The notes under the pieces were generated by a model. The model did not search any database. It was not told the origin of the DNA and saw only the letters and a list, made by a program, of their open reading frames with translations. Both the position numbers and the translations under genes were made by a program. Positions 1 through 12,030 of a stretch of 64,000 nucleotides of DNA are shown in pieces; position 1 is the first letter of the stretch; each line of letters opens with the position of its first letter. This stretch comes from the human T2T-CHM13v2.0 reference genome, Homo sapiens. The stretch is taken from assembly GCF_009914755.1 (NCBI RefSeq), contig NC_060940.1. One strand, 5' to 3'.

Positions 1-244
1 GTTTTGATACAGGCATGCAATGTGAAACAATCACATCATGGAGAATGGGGTATCCATCCCCTCAAAGCAAACAACCAACAAAATTAAGAGATAGCACACA
101 GAATAGGAAAAAAAAATTGTAAACTGCTCATCTGTCAAGGAATTAATAACCAGAATATATAAGGAGCTCAAACAACTCTATAGAAAAAAAATGTAATTAT
201 CCAATCAGAAAAAATGGACAAAAGATCTGGATAGACATTTCTCA
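1..244. mobile_element. L1MA-type fragments in opposite orientations
   Basis: 1-65 is antisense L1MA 3'UTR; 66-244 is a sense ORF2-end segment (aataaccagaatatataaggagctcaaacaactc). Confidence 0.7.
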
Positions 245-3200
245 CTCTCTTATAGTGGTGAGAGAGTCCTAGGTTGAGTTAACTAGGCTCGACTTTTATC
301 CACCCTTTCTCACAAGGGATGAAAGCATGGTGTGGATGGAAGTTATGTTATTCAACTTGTAACTTTTTATCTTGTCACTACCCTCATTTGAAATATAATC
401 AGATAGAGTGGAAGTGAGACTCTAAGACCTTTCAATCTGATCTTTTCATTTTATGGATGATGGTCCTGAGATCTGGGGCATTAAAAATGACTACGACACA
501 ACAATACTAGTGAGAGAAAGTCTCTCATTCTCCTAATCCCAATTCACCAATCTTCTTAAGTTTTCTTACGGCTCTTGTCTAAACCTAAGGAAAAAAAGTG
601 ATCTCAGCATCAAATAATAATTCTTTCTTCCAATTTCATTGGAAAACATTTTGAAAACATTGTGAATTGCCACTTGAAACAGGCAACAGTTCTGTTTGCA
701 AATAACTCTCTGATGAAGTGGAGTGGGTTTAAAATCAGAAACAAAAACAACTTCTTTGCTACCTTGCTGGAAACTTCAGGCAAATATGTGTCATACATGG
801 TCAACTATATAAATTATCAAAGTTATTTTTGTTGAGTCACTACATGCTTCAAAAGATGTATCAATCCCTGAACATCCTGTCCATGGAACCCTGGCATTAA
901 CTTGATGAATGGGATAGCGTATTCTGAAATCACATTGCTTAATTTCCTGTAGCTATTGTAAAGTTTAAGTTCATTAGAACTTTGGGCTCAGCAGCGACAG
1001 CATCCTTCCACTGAAGGTGCAAATGGCAATGATAAATTGGCCTTGCAAAATGATCACAGTGATACACAGTACAGTACATATACATAGCATATCATTTCTT
1101 GATAACCAATAAAGAAAATATCCAAATTAATTGATGCATTCTCTGGGGATCTTTTCTCTAGGGCTGTCTCAAACTAGTTCAGTAGTGAGGTTGGGGCTTG
1201 CTTACTTCTATGGACTTATCTTCTTGAGAAAGTCACTCAGAAGGGCAATCCAATTGCTCCTACTTCAGTTTTCAAGCAGAATGTTGGAGAATAAAGCCTT
1301 TGGCAAGAACTTTCTTGGGAGACGAAGGGTAACTGTCTATAAGGTGCTCTTGAAATGTGTTTGTTTGCCTTGGTGATCCTCAAAGACACCTGGAAGATCT
1401 TCTCTAGGCAAGAAGCCTTGGCATGGGCACTGCCACGCTGAATATTCATTTTGAAGTACAGCATATAAAGTATAAACAAAAGCCAAATGCTGCTCCTAAA
1501 AAGCATTTTCTACATTTCATAAATAACAATAAAATTTGCTTGTAATGGTAACTACCACTTTTAGAAAACAAAAAGCTTACTATTTTGTGTCTTATAGTGA
1601 ATATTTCTGGAAGGCAGTGAAAAATGCCCAATTTATTTTAGAAATATTCATTGAGTCCCTCTGGCCTTTTAAACAGAGTGCTGGGGAAACAAAGGTTCTT
1701 AAAATAATGCCTGCATTCTTGAAGAAGGCTCCCACAGACTAGTGGAAATGCAAGGTTCATGAACAGTCATGATGCAATCCTCAGGGAGCCTACCTATGAT
1801 GAGATGAGTTGGGTAAAGCATAACCAAAAGGATTTCTATGTTTGGGCTCTGAAAGAATGCAAGGGTGTTCGCTGGGTGAAGAAAAATGGAAAGGGCATAG
1901 GGCAAAGAGAACAGCATGTTCAAAGTTGCAATAGAAAGAATGTGTGACGAATTCAGGAATCCAGAAGAAGACCTATGTTATGGAAAGAGAGAGCTCAAAA
2001 GAGGTGGCTTTCCCTACCTGCCATGGGGAAGCACAGGGAGATTTGTGCAGGGGTGACATGATTCACTTTGTGATTGCAAAGTATCATCGCTGCAGAGGGT
2101 GGGGAATGCTGTGCAAGACAAGGTGGGTGAGGAGGCCTCTAGATACAGAAGAGGGAACGGTGAAGGTCTCAGCTCCACCTTCTGGAGCAGGATCCAGAAG
2201 ACACCTCGGTGGGAGAGTCATTTATTTAGTCCTGTTAACACACATGTTTTTTTTTGTTCCAGGTATCCTACTAGGCTCTAGAGACACAAGACAGATAATA
2301 AGACAGCCTTTGTCATGATTTCGCTGTCCTTGGCTCACACGTTTCTCGTGGAGCCTACCCTGAGTTGGTCCATAAGCCAGACCTATTGTTAAGTGTCGCC
2401 AGAGAACAATATCATCCAAGTGTGCACCTGTGTTTCCAATTGCCCTTTAGTACAATCTAGTATTTCATTCACTGCCTTCCCTTCCTGCATATAACACTCA
2501 TCAGGACAGGGACTCCTGTGTTTGTCTCATTCCATGTAGTGCACAGCAAACGCGTTGTAGGTGCTCAATAAATATGGGTGGGATGAACACATGAACAAAA
2601 GAGCTCACAAATAACAGCAAGAGATGGACCTGATAAACCCCAGCGCCACAGTCTCATCAGTGTGCTGACAGAAGCATATACAGGGGTGGGGAGTGACAGC
2701 AGTTCTTCTCTAGGCCACATGGTCCACAAAGAACTTTGTGAAGTGACCAGGCTGGATCTGAGTCATGAGTCATTCACTTGGTGAATTCATCCCTGGCAAT
2801 GGAGCCTTCCTCACACCTGCATGTTGCTTCTTAATCTGGAGAGAATTATGGTTCCCTCCTCCACAGAAGCTGCCCCAACAAAGGACGTCATAAAAGCATC
2901 CCCAGGGGGAAGCTTTGTGTGAGAAATCCAGGCTGTGTCCCACCTTCAGCTGTCAGTAAGAAGGTTACAGCTTCCTGGATAATGCCACGCCAGAATGTGG
3001 AGGCTGAAAAGGGTGACGTGGGAGGGCAGGAAGTAGAAGAAATGGAAGCACATTTGCTGGCAGCAAGAAGCTCCTCTGATTTACCCAGAGAGGTAGCCTC
3101 TGTAAAATACTCTGAGGGCAGTCTGAATATCGACCATTTCTTTTCTCCTCTGTCTCTGGTATGTGGTGAAACCTCCAAAAGAAAGCATATCTTGATATTC

Positions 3201-3338
3201 GTTCAAGTCAGAAATATTGAACCGAAATCATAGGCTCACAAGTTGGTAGAACTTGGAGGAAATGTGAAAATCTTATAATGAATTGTTTATCTTTTTAAAT
3301 GAAATTATCCATATGTTCTTAAAATATTAATGCAATAT

Positions 3339-3731
<393 letters not shown>

Positions 3732-4626
3732 TTAATAAATATATTTCAATCTGACCATAAGCCATTTGGTGTGCTAGGCTCTGGGGATATTATGATGGAT
3801 ATTAGGATAATACAATCCCTGCTTTCAAAAAGCTTATACTCTAGAAGTTTTACCATATCTATAATATGTACTCAAGCCTAGTGCTAATGATCAGAGCCCA
3901 TTACATATTTGTTGAATGAATGACTTAAACAGCAATAAAAGGAGGCTGGGAGTAATATTGTTATTTATTGCTCCACAAATACATTTTCTAAAATTGGACT
4001 GCAGCCGCATTGAGAATAAACCATCCTGATTTTCAGAGTCCAGATAAATAATTCAATCTGTCTCTGCTCAGATGATTTATCAATGGGAAAAGACACTTTA
4101 AAAACATTTTCTTTGGGGGGATGTGGGTAAAGAGGTGCTGGCAGACTTAGGAGCCTGCTTTAACACCATTAAAGTGGGTGTGGTCACTGCACTTTGTATG
4201 GCTTCTCCAGGGCTGATTGGAAAAAGAATCATCTGCATTCATGAAGAATAGCAGTTAACACATTGGCCTGATATGGCACACACTAACTGTGGGATGCTCA
4301 GGAGTCTTCTTCCTTGCTAAGAGACCTTGAGTTTGTTTGGGACAGCAAGATCCTATGCAGGACATTGTCCATCCCAAATTCTCTATGGGGGGGGGTACGG
4401 GGCACAGTTTTGGCCATCATTTAGAAGTGGAGTCTTCTCAGGGTTCTGAGATGGCAGTTTTTTTTCTGAAAAATGGAAAAGACAAAGACATGATAGGTAC
4501 CTTTTCTCCCATCCGCTATCTTCTGGTCTGGAATAAGGATGTGATTCAGCAGCCCATCTGAGGCCATGAGGCAAAGGCCAAGAGAAATGCAGAGGGATGG
4601 GCCTTAATGATATTTACTACTGGATC

Positions 4627-4860
4627 CAGATTTGTCAGCCTCAGCACTATTGAGATTTGGGCCGATGATTCTTGTTCTGGAGAGCTGTCCTGTTCCTTGT
4701 GGAATGTTTAGCAGCATCCTTGAAATTTACCCACTAGATGCCAGTAGCATTTAGCAACAACCAAAACATGTATCCCCCAGTTGTGATAACCAAAAATGCA
4801 TGCAGGCATTGCCAAATGTCCCATAGGGATGAGGTGGTTATCCCTGGTTGAGAACCATTA
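4627..4860 (+). mobile_element. MER20-like hAT DNA transposon fossil
   Basis: cagcactattgagatttggg...tttagcagcatcc...ccactagatgccagtagca...ccctggttgagaacca. Confidence 0.75.
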
Positions 4861-5227
4861 TATTAGACTAATGCTTGATACTACCTACCACTGGACTTCA
4901 TGCAACAAGGAAACACTAAATCTTCATGTGTGTGTACCTCTGGAATCAAGTGTTCTGTTACTTGCAGACGAAAGCATTCCTCATGATATACAGAACATGA
5001 ATACGGCCAGCATATGTGTAGTATCTAAATACGTCTAACTACTACTATGACAGGATATTGGATAATGGTGCTTTCTACCTTTTATGCCTATCTGGGCTAA
5101 CTTTCTTCAAGGGCTACTCTCAAGACTTTTCCTCCAGCTCCACTCCAGACCTTCTCAGCACCTGTATATTCTATTCTTATCAATGTAAAAACATAGTACA
5201 GCACCTGGCACTCAATACTGTTAGCTG

Positions 5228-5420
5228 AGGGGCAGCTTCATGTAGTGACTGAAAGCTCTGAATCTGGAGTTAAATTGCTTGGGTTCAAGTTCTGACATTT
5301 AGAAGTTGAGGCAAGTTATCTTGAGGAAGTGACTTAGTTTCTCTGAGCCTCATTTATCTTATCCATAAAACAGGATAATAACAGTATCTGCCTCCAAGTC
5401 CCTTAAGAGAATTAAAGGTT
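5228..5420 (+). mobile_element. MIR (representative; many more MIR fragments occur, e.g. ~9760-10040, 22500-22720, 25230-25450, 55250-55470)
   Basis: gggttcaagttctg...aagtgacttagtttctctgagcctca...ataaaacaggataataacagtatc. Confidence 0.7.
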
Positions 5421-5424
5421 TTCA

Positions 5425-5660
5425 TCCAAGCAGTGCCCACATTTTTAAAAGTGAGGTGATATAAAAATGGGAACATTGTATAATTGAGGCTCTAGTATGC
5501 TTCCCAACCTTCAATCCCATTTATTTTTAATTGATCAGAGGACCATCCTAGAGGATGGTCTAATTTCATTGTAATTGGATTGAAACATACTAGGTCCTCA
5601 ATTATATAATGTTCCCACTTTTACATCATCTCACTTTTAAGAATATGGGCACTACTTGGA
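5425..5660. repeat. Long imperfect inverted repeat (79-bp arms, 78-bp spacer)
   Basis: 5425-5503 against the reverse complement of 5582-5660: 69/79 identical, no gaps (manual count). Confidence 0.9.
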
Positions 5661-6814
5661 CCCTAATCTAGTATGAGGATCTAGTGTGAATCAAGAAAGA
5701 GAAATTGGATTGAAGGTTGGGAAGCAGTGAACTCTAAGATACCAAAAGGACACTCTACTTTCATGGACAATTTCTCCACTTCCTCTGAAAAGGGTACTGA
5801 AGTCAGTGGAATCAACATTCTGAATTTTGTGTTACAAGCATTGAACCACAGGTTTATGTTTTCTCAAAAAATTTAGAAAATATTTTGGCTTTGTCACATA
5901 GCTACAATTCAGAAAAATTGGTAAATACCTCTGAAGGTCGTCAACTGTATCCTTCAGCCTCCAGTGAGAATATCCTTCTGATGCACCTGGCCATCCATTA
6001 GGTGTGTAAAGACATTCCTGAAGCTGAGGCACTCATAGACAAACCTCTCATTGATTTCTGTCTTATGCTGTGAGGAAGCGCTTTCTTTTGTGTAACTCAC
6101 ATTTCTCATGGTGCCCTGCAAAACCATGTTCTCTTGAACTGTCCTTTCAGAAAACAAATCACAGCCCAAGAGATTTGAGCACCTCAAAACCACATTTAGG
6201 ATGTTAGATATATTTGGATCTTCAGGAAGCAGTCTCTTGTGTTTGTGAGCTTCATATTCTACTCTCAACCCAGTGCCTCCATCTTCACTAAAGAAGACCC
6301 AGTACATACTTTTTAAAAATATGATACAGCCCACAGTGAAAGATTTCTGCAGGGATAATACCAACCATTGGTCATGTCTTAAAGTAGCACAATGTCTTAA
6401 GAGAAGCAGAGTGGCTTTTCTCATCTTTCTCTTTTCTTGGCTACAGGAATCAGAGTGGAATCTCTAATAGCTGAAGTTTGTAATAATTACAACATGGGCC
6501 CAGCCATCAGTTTGGTGTGGTGTGAGTGTTAAAAATGGGATTTCTTAATTTGAATTATTGATCAGCATGTTCACTCAGGCAGCCATTCTCCCCTTCAAAT
6601 AGGCAGTAAATCTCAGCTGACAAGTTTTCACACTTTGAAAAATACCAACAAACTCTGGAACTTCAAATACAGTCACGAGCCTTCTCTCTCAGCTGAGAGC
6701 AGTCTTTCTAAGACATTCTTCACAGAGTGTAGGTAAAAACCATTTTTTAAGGACATTAGGAAAGGAGTGAATAATCTCTAAAGCAATATCTTTGCTGTGG
6801 TAGTGTCCTACGAC

Positions 6815-6985
6815 AGGGCTTCACAGACCTTAATGTGCACCTAAATCACCTGGCGATCTTGTTAAAATGCAGACTTGGATATTGTGGGACTGGCGGGGTG
6901 GAACCTGGGAATCTGCATTTCTAACAACTCTCAGGTGGTGTTGATGCTGCTGGTCTAGGTGTACCCATTCAGGAAGGCTCTAGTA
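6815..6985. mobile_element. MER5A-like fossil
   Basis: aatcacctggcgatcttgttaaaatgcagac...gaatctgcatttctaacaa. Confidence 0.7.
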
Positions 6986-7427
6986 CATATCTCGGCTAAT
7001 GACAGTCCTGATTGTGTCATTGAGCATAGTATTTCTATCCAAATCCTGCCAACTCCCCATTCCCTGAGTGGGAAATCAAGACACCTGCATCTTGTGGTAG
7101 GACGTTCTCAAGCAGTGTGATCCAGTGAGAAGGTTGTCTCAAGGGAACCAGGCATTAGTAACTATACACACTAGTCAACTCTTCCAAGAGATTAAGCAGA
7201 GAATGACCTCAAAACAGACCTATAAGGGCTTGAGACATAAATGATAAAATAGTAGAAACGGATGAGAAATGGGATGGCCAAACTCAGGAAGGCTGAGAAA
7301 AATAAAAGGCCTTTATAGAAGTCAATACCTTTGGAAACCGATTTGTAAGCCACTAAAGGAAGAATTGCTGACAAATTATTAAGAACAGAAAGACTGACTT
7401 GAGACAAGTGATTAAAATTTAATAATA

Positions 7428-7655
7428 GGCTGGGCATGGTGGTTTACGCCTGCAATCCCAGCACGTTGGGAGGCTGAGGCGAGCAGATCACTTGAGGCAA
7501 GGAGTTCGAGACCAGCCTTGCCAACATGGTGAAACCCCTTCTCTACTAAATATATTATAGAAAAAATTAGCCAGGCCTATATCTCACCACTGCACTCCAG
7601 CCTGAGCAACAGAATAAGAGTCTGTCTCAAAATAAATAAATAAATAAGATAAAAA
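7428..7655 (+). mobile_element. AluS with an internal deletion in the right monomer
   Basis: Left monomer intact; attagccaggcc jumps almost directly to caccactgcactccagcc; (TAAA)n tail. Confidence 0.85.
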
Positions 7656-7699
7656 TAATAGTAAAAGGCAAAAATTAAAAGGGATTCAAGATAAAATGA

Positions 7700-8340
7700 T
7701 AGCAATGGAATAAAGTAATACAAGCATATTTGACGTAACTGATGTATGTTAAGAATATGTAGAGCTGATATTTATAAACTACACTAAAGAAATAAGAAAA
7801 ATTTAGAAGAAAAGACATATTTAATGACATATATCAAGAATGTTTTCCTAAAATATAATACTTATGAATTTACGGTTTGAAATAATTAAAAGAGATTAGA
7901 AATTAATTAATGACTCTGGAAGACAAAAAAGATTAAATATAACACAATTGTATGTCTAAGGCAAGGATTCAACAACATAAGTGAAATAGAAAAAAATTCA
8001 AAGATATAATTTAAGAGAGAGCATAATGTGCTCCAGGAAAAATTGGTAGAAATTAACCAATACTAAGACATCTTGGCATAGTTCTCAAGTTGCAAAGAAA
8101 AAGTGAGAATCTCATGACAAGCCAGTTAAGTCACCTATAAGGAGACAAGAATTAGACTGGTTTCAGACTTTATGTCAGTGATAATTCAATACTAGAAGAC
8201 AGTGGGACAATGTGTAAAATACCCTCAGGGAAAGAAAATGTTACACCTAAAATTTACAGCCAGTCATTTTATCATTCAAATACAAAGGTAACAGAGAGAT
8301 TTTTTTTTTTTTATCATGCAACAACTCAAGAAATGTTGTT
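7700..8340 (+). mobile_element. Ancient L1M/HAL1 ORF1-like fragment
   Basis: A-rich sequence with gtcacctataagg...aattagactggtttcagactt...tagaagacagtgggacaatg. Confidence 0.5.
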
Positions 8341-11300
8341 CTCCTTTATTGGATTTGAAAGTGTCTCTTCATTTGGATATTTGGGAAGAGACAATTTGGC
8401 TGTTTCATATTATTATTAACATATATATTCCTGTTCCTACCTCAAAAAGATGGAGCTATTGACATGGCTCGCTACGTCAGTCAAGATAGACAAGAGACCG
8501 AAAAGCACGTAGACATGGCTGCAGTGGTGATTGGAGGTGTCTTCTGCTAGCCACATGCTATGGGTGTTTCTTTCTGCCTTTCATATAGTTGGCTAGTTTA
8601 ATAGGTGAATTAATTGCTAATCACTGAGTGTCTACTTCCTGCTGCTGAGATTGGCAGCTGGCCATAGCTGGCTGTGGAACAAAAGGCTGTGCTCTGAGCC
8701 CAGGCTCAATACCCTTCCTTTTTCACTCATCTTGATGAAAACCCACTTCATCCCAATCAAAACCCACTTCTTCCCACTCCACCATTTCAGCTTGAGCATT
8801 CTGAATCCTCACCACATTCATCCATTCTTTGAACAAATATTGTGCTAAGGAGAGATGACATGAAAATGAAAAAGAGAGACATCATCCTTGACATCATAAA
8901 GCTTCAAGAAATACAGAGAGAGGGAGAATGATGGGGTGGAGGGAGGTTAATGAGGTAACTGCACACTTATTTCATTAACTAATACAGTGACGATAAATGA
9001 GGTGAAAGCAAAAGTCAAGGTATTGTAGGTATACATAGAAGAGGGCCATCCAGAAGGGAAGGGTCAGAAAGATGCCCAAAGAGGAAGCGCACCTGATGTT
9101 GCAGCTGGAAGGATTCATAAGACAGATAAGAGTTGGTCCTCTAAAGAACCTTCAGAGTATTTTAGAGGAAAGGAAGCAGCATGTATGAAGCTCTTGAGTT
9201 GGGCAGAGGTGTAGCCAATCGGAACACCTAGAAGATCAGTGGTCTAAAGTGTCAAGTGGCGGGACAGCCATTAGAAAATGCTAAAGAGGTAGATGGCCTT
9301 GAATGTCTTGGTGAGGAGTTGATGCCAAAGTCTTGGGCAATTACAGGGGTTTCTCTGTGAAAGGATAACCAGATGAGTCTGGGGCTACTCAAATAAGTCA
9401 TTGCACAGCCTTCTGGCTGGCTTCACTGCCTCTATCCTCTTGTAACAATTCAATCCAAAAAAGAATTCTTAACAAACCATAGTGCCACTCAGAATGGGTC
9501 ACGGGCTCCCTGTTGCAAAGAGGATGGAAGCTAGAACCCATCTGTAAGTATTGAGATGCTCCTTGACCAAGTCAGCCTTTTCTAACCTGCTTGACTTTCC
9601 TCCCCAACACTCACGGTCCACTCCAGCCAGACATACACATTTACGAAGTACAGTCTGGGTTTGTTCATAATTGCCTTTGCTGAGTTGCCAGAAAGCTTTC
9701 CTTTTTCTGTGAGTTTCAGAAACTTTGGCATGGGTCAAGACATAATAGCAGACAGAAGAAAGATCATAGGCTTTAGTATTGCACAGAAATGGATTCAAAT
9801 TATGTCTTGCTACTTACTTAGTAACTATGTAGCCTTTGGCAAGACCTTTAATCTCATCCTGCTTCCATTTCCCCATTACTAAAAGAAGGAAGGCTCTGTT
9901 TGATCCTACACAAGGGGGGATAATAACAGTACCAGCCTTCACTGGGTGATTGTAAGAATTTAAGTAAATAGTGGATAAAGAATGCCTGGCAAGCCCTGAG
10001 CACAGTGTCTGGCACATAGTAAACAACACCTGCTGCCTTACTGTCATTGACTCTTTTATGTGATGTGTGTGACCTGGTATCTAGTCACCCTGGGGTTGCA
10101 TACTCTCATTCTAAAAGGAGCTAGCTGCTTTCTTCTCCCTCTCCTCTCCCTCCTCCTGACACCCTGGTGATGGCTGAGGCTGATGTTCACATCTGTCCTG
10201 TGGACCACTAAGGTCTGTTTCTCCCCCAAACTTTTTGGAGAGTTTCTTCCCTGAAGGAGGGAATCTGTTATGCACATTGCTCTATTCCATGTGTGTCTTT
10301 CTTGGTGACAGATTGATTCCACAGGCATGAATCATTGATGACTTCAAGTGACCCAGAATATTCTTCGTGTGTAACATACAGCTGTGAAGGACGCTTTTGT
10401 CAAGGGGAATCTGGCACAGATGGAAAACACAAACCTCAACATTGTCTGGGACTGTGGACAGGGGCCCTGATGGTTTTCAAGAATCTTTCATAATATGGGC
10501 TTTTCTCAGATGCCAGAGTGGTGGATGTTCACTTCATTTTTCCAAGGTGGAGATCTATTGTGGACTTCTTTGAAAAACTAATATGAAATCTGAGATTTCA
10601 TATTTCATGTATTAGCCATCCCTGTGACTAATCAATCACATTTGACTGACCAGGGGGACATGTGCTATAAACATCTAGTACGTTTATATTAATTCATGCC
10701 ATTTACTACCAATTTTGCATTTTAGAAATAATATTATGGGATTCATAGGCCCCAACCCCTGAAATATTAATTTCAATAAGAGTTTTTTCTTAAGTACATA
10801 CTCTGCCAGACCCCAGAAATGCCCTGGTGTTACAGCAGTGAATACTATCAACTTGGTCCTTCGAGTTCACACTGCAGTTGAGGAGGCAGACGTTAAACCA
10901 ATAATCACACCAATTCCCACATAATTAGAATTGTGGTAACTGCTATGTTGAACATGAGAAGCAGGTGTAAGCACAAATAACAGAGAGGCTTAATCCAGTT
11001 TGGAGACTTAGGGAGAAGGTGGTTACAGGTCAAGAAAAACTCACTTAAAGGAGCTACACTGAAGCTCAGCCCAAACGGATGAGTAGGAGTCAGGCGGGCA
11101 AAAGTGGAAGAAGGATATGGCTAAGAGATGGTAGTCAGGGAGACCTCGCAGATGAAGAGGAGCAGAGATAACGGTGTATGAGAAATGAGGCGGGAGAAGT
11201 AAGCAGAGCTGACCTGTGACAGCGAAGTAGGCCACACGGAGGACTTCAGAACTTACCAGAAAGATAAAGTCGTTACCACAAAGAAAAGATTTGATCACAT

Positions 11301-11419
11301 AGTCAATTCACTATCACTGTTGATTTCCTGGCCACATTCAGCTGGCAGACATTACAACTAAACTACAGAAAATGTAGCTGACGTCAGATGCCCACTTTTC
11401 CAGTCCTAAGTGATTAATT

Positions 11420-12030
11420 CATGCATCCACATACCCATCTACCCATCCATTCATCGATCTACCCATACATGCATGCACCCATCCATTCATTCACCTACTA
11501 TCCATCCATCTACCATCCATGCATTCATCTAGTCATCTATCTATCCATCCATTCATCCATCCACCCACCCATCTATCCTTCCACTCATCCATCCACTCAC
11601 TCATTTATCCATCCATCCACCCACCCATCCATCCATGCATGCATTCATCCATCTACTCATCTATTGACCCATCCATTCATCCATACATCTACCCATCTAT
11701 CTATCCATTCATTCATCCTCTCATCCATCCATCAATGCATCCATTCATCCATCCATTTACCCATCTGTGCATCCATTCATCCATCTGCTCATCCATCCGT
11801 CTATCCTCCCATTCATCCAACCGTCCATCAATCCATCCATTCATCCATCCATCTACCCATCTGTCCATCCATTCATCCATCTGCTCATCCATTCATCTAT
11901 CCACCCACCCATTCATCCATCAATCCATTCATCCATCCATCTATCCACTCATCTATCCAGTTATCCATCTATCCATTCATCCCCTCCCTTGTCATTAATT
12001 TACCCACTAACCCACCCACCCATCCATCCA
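11420..12030 (+). repeat. Degenerate (TCCA/ATCC)n simple repeat, ~600 bp
   Basis: Long run of catc/cacc/ctat variant units. Confidence 0.95.
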
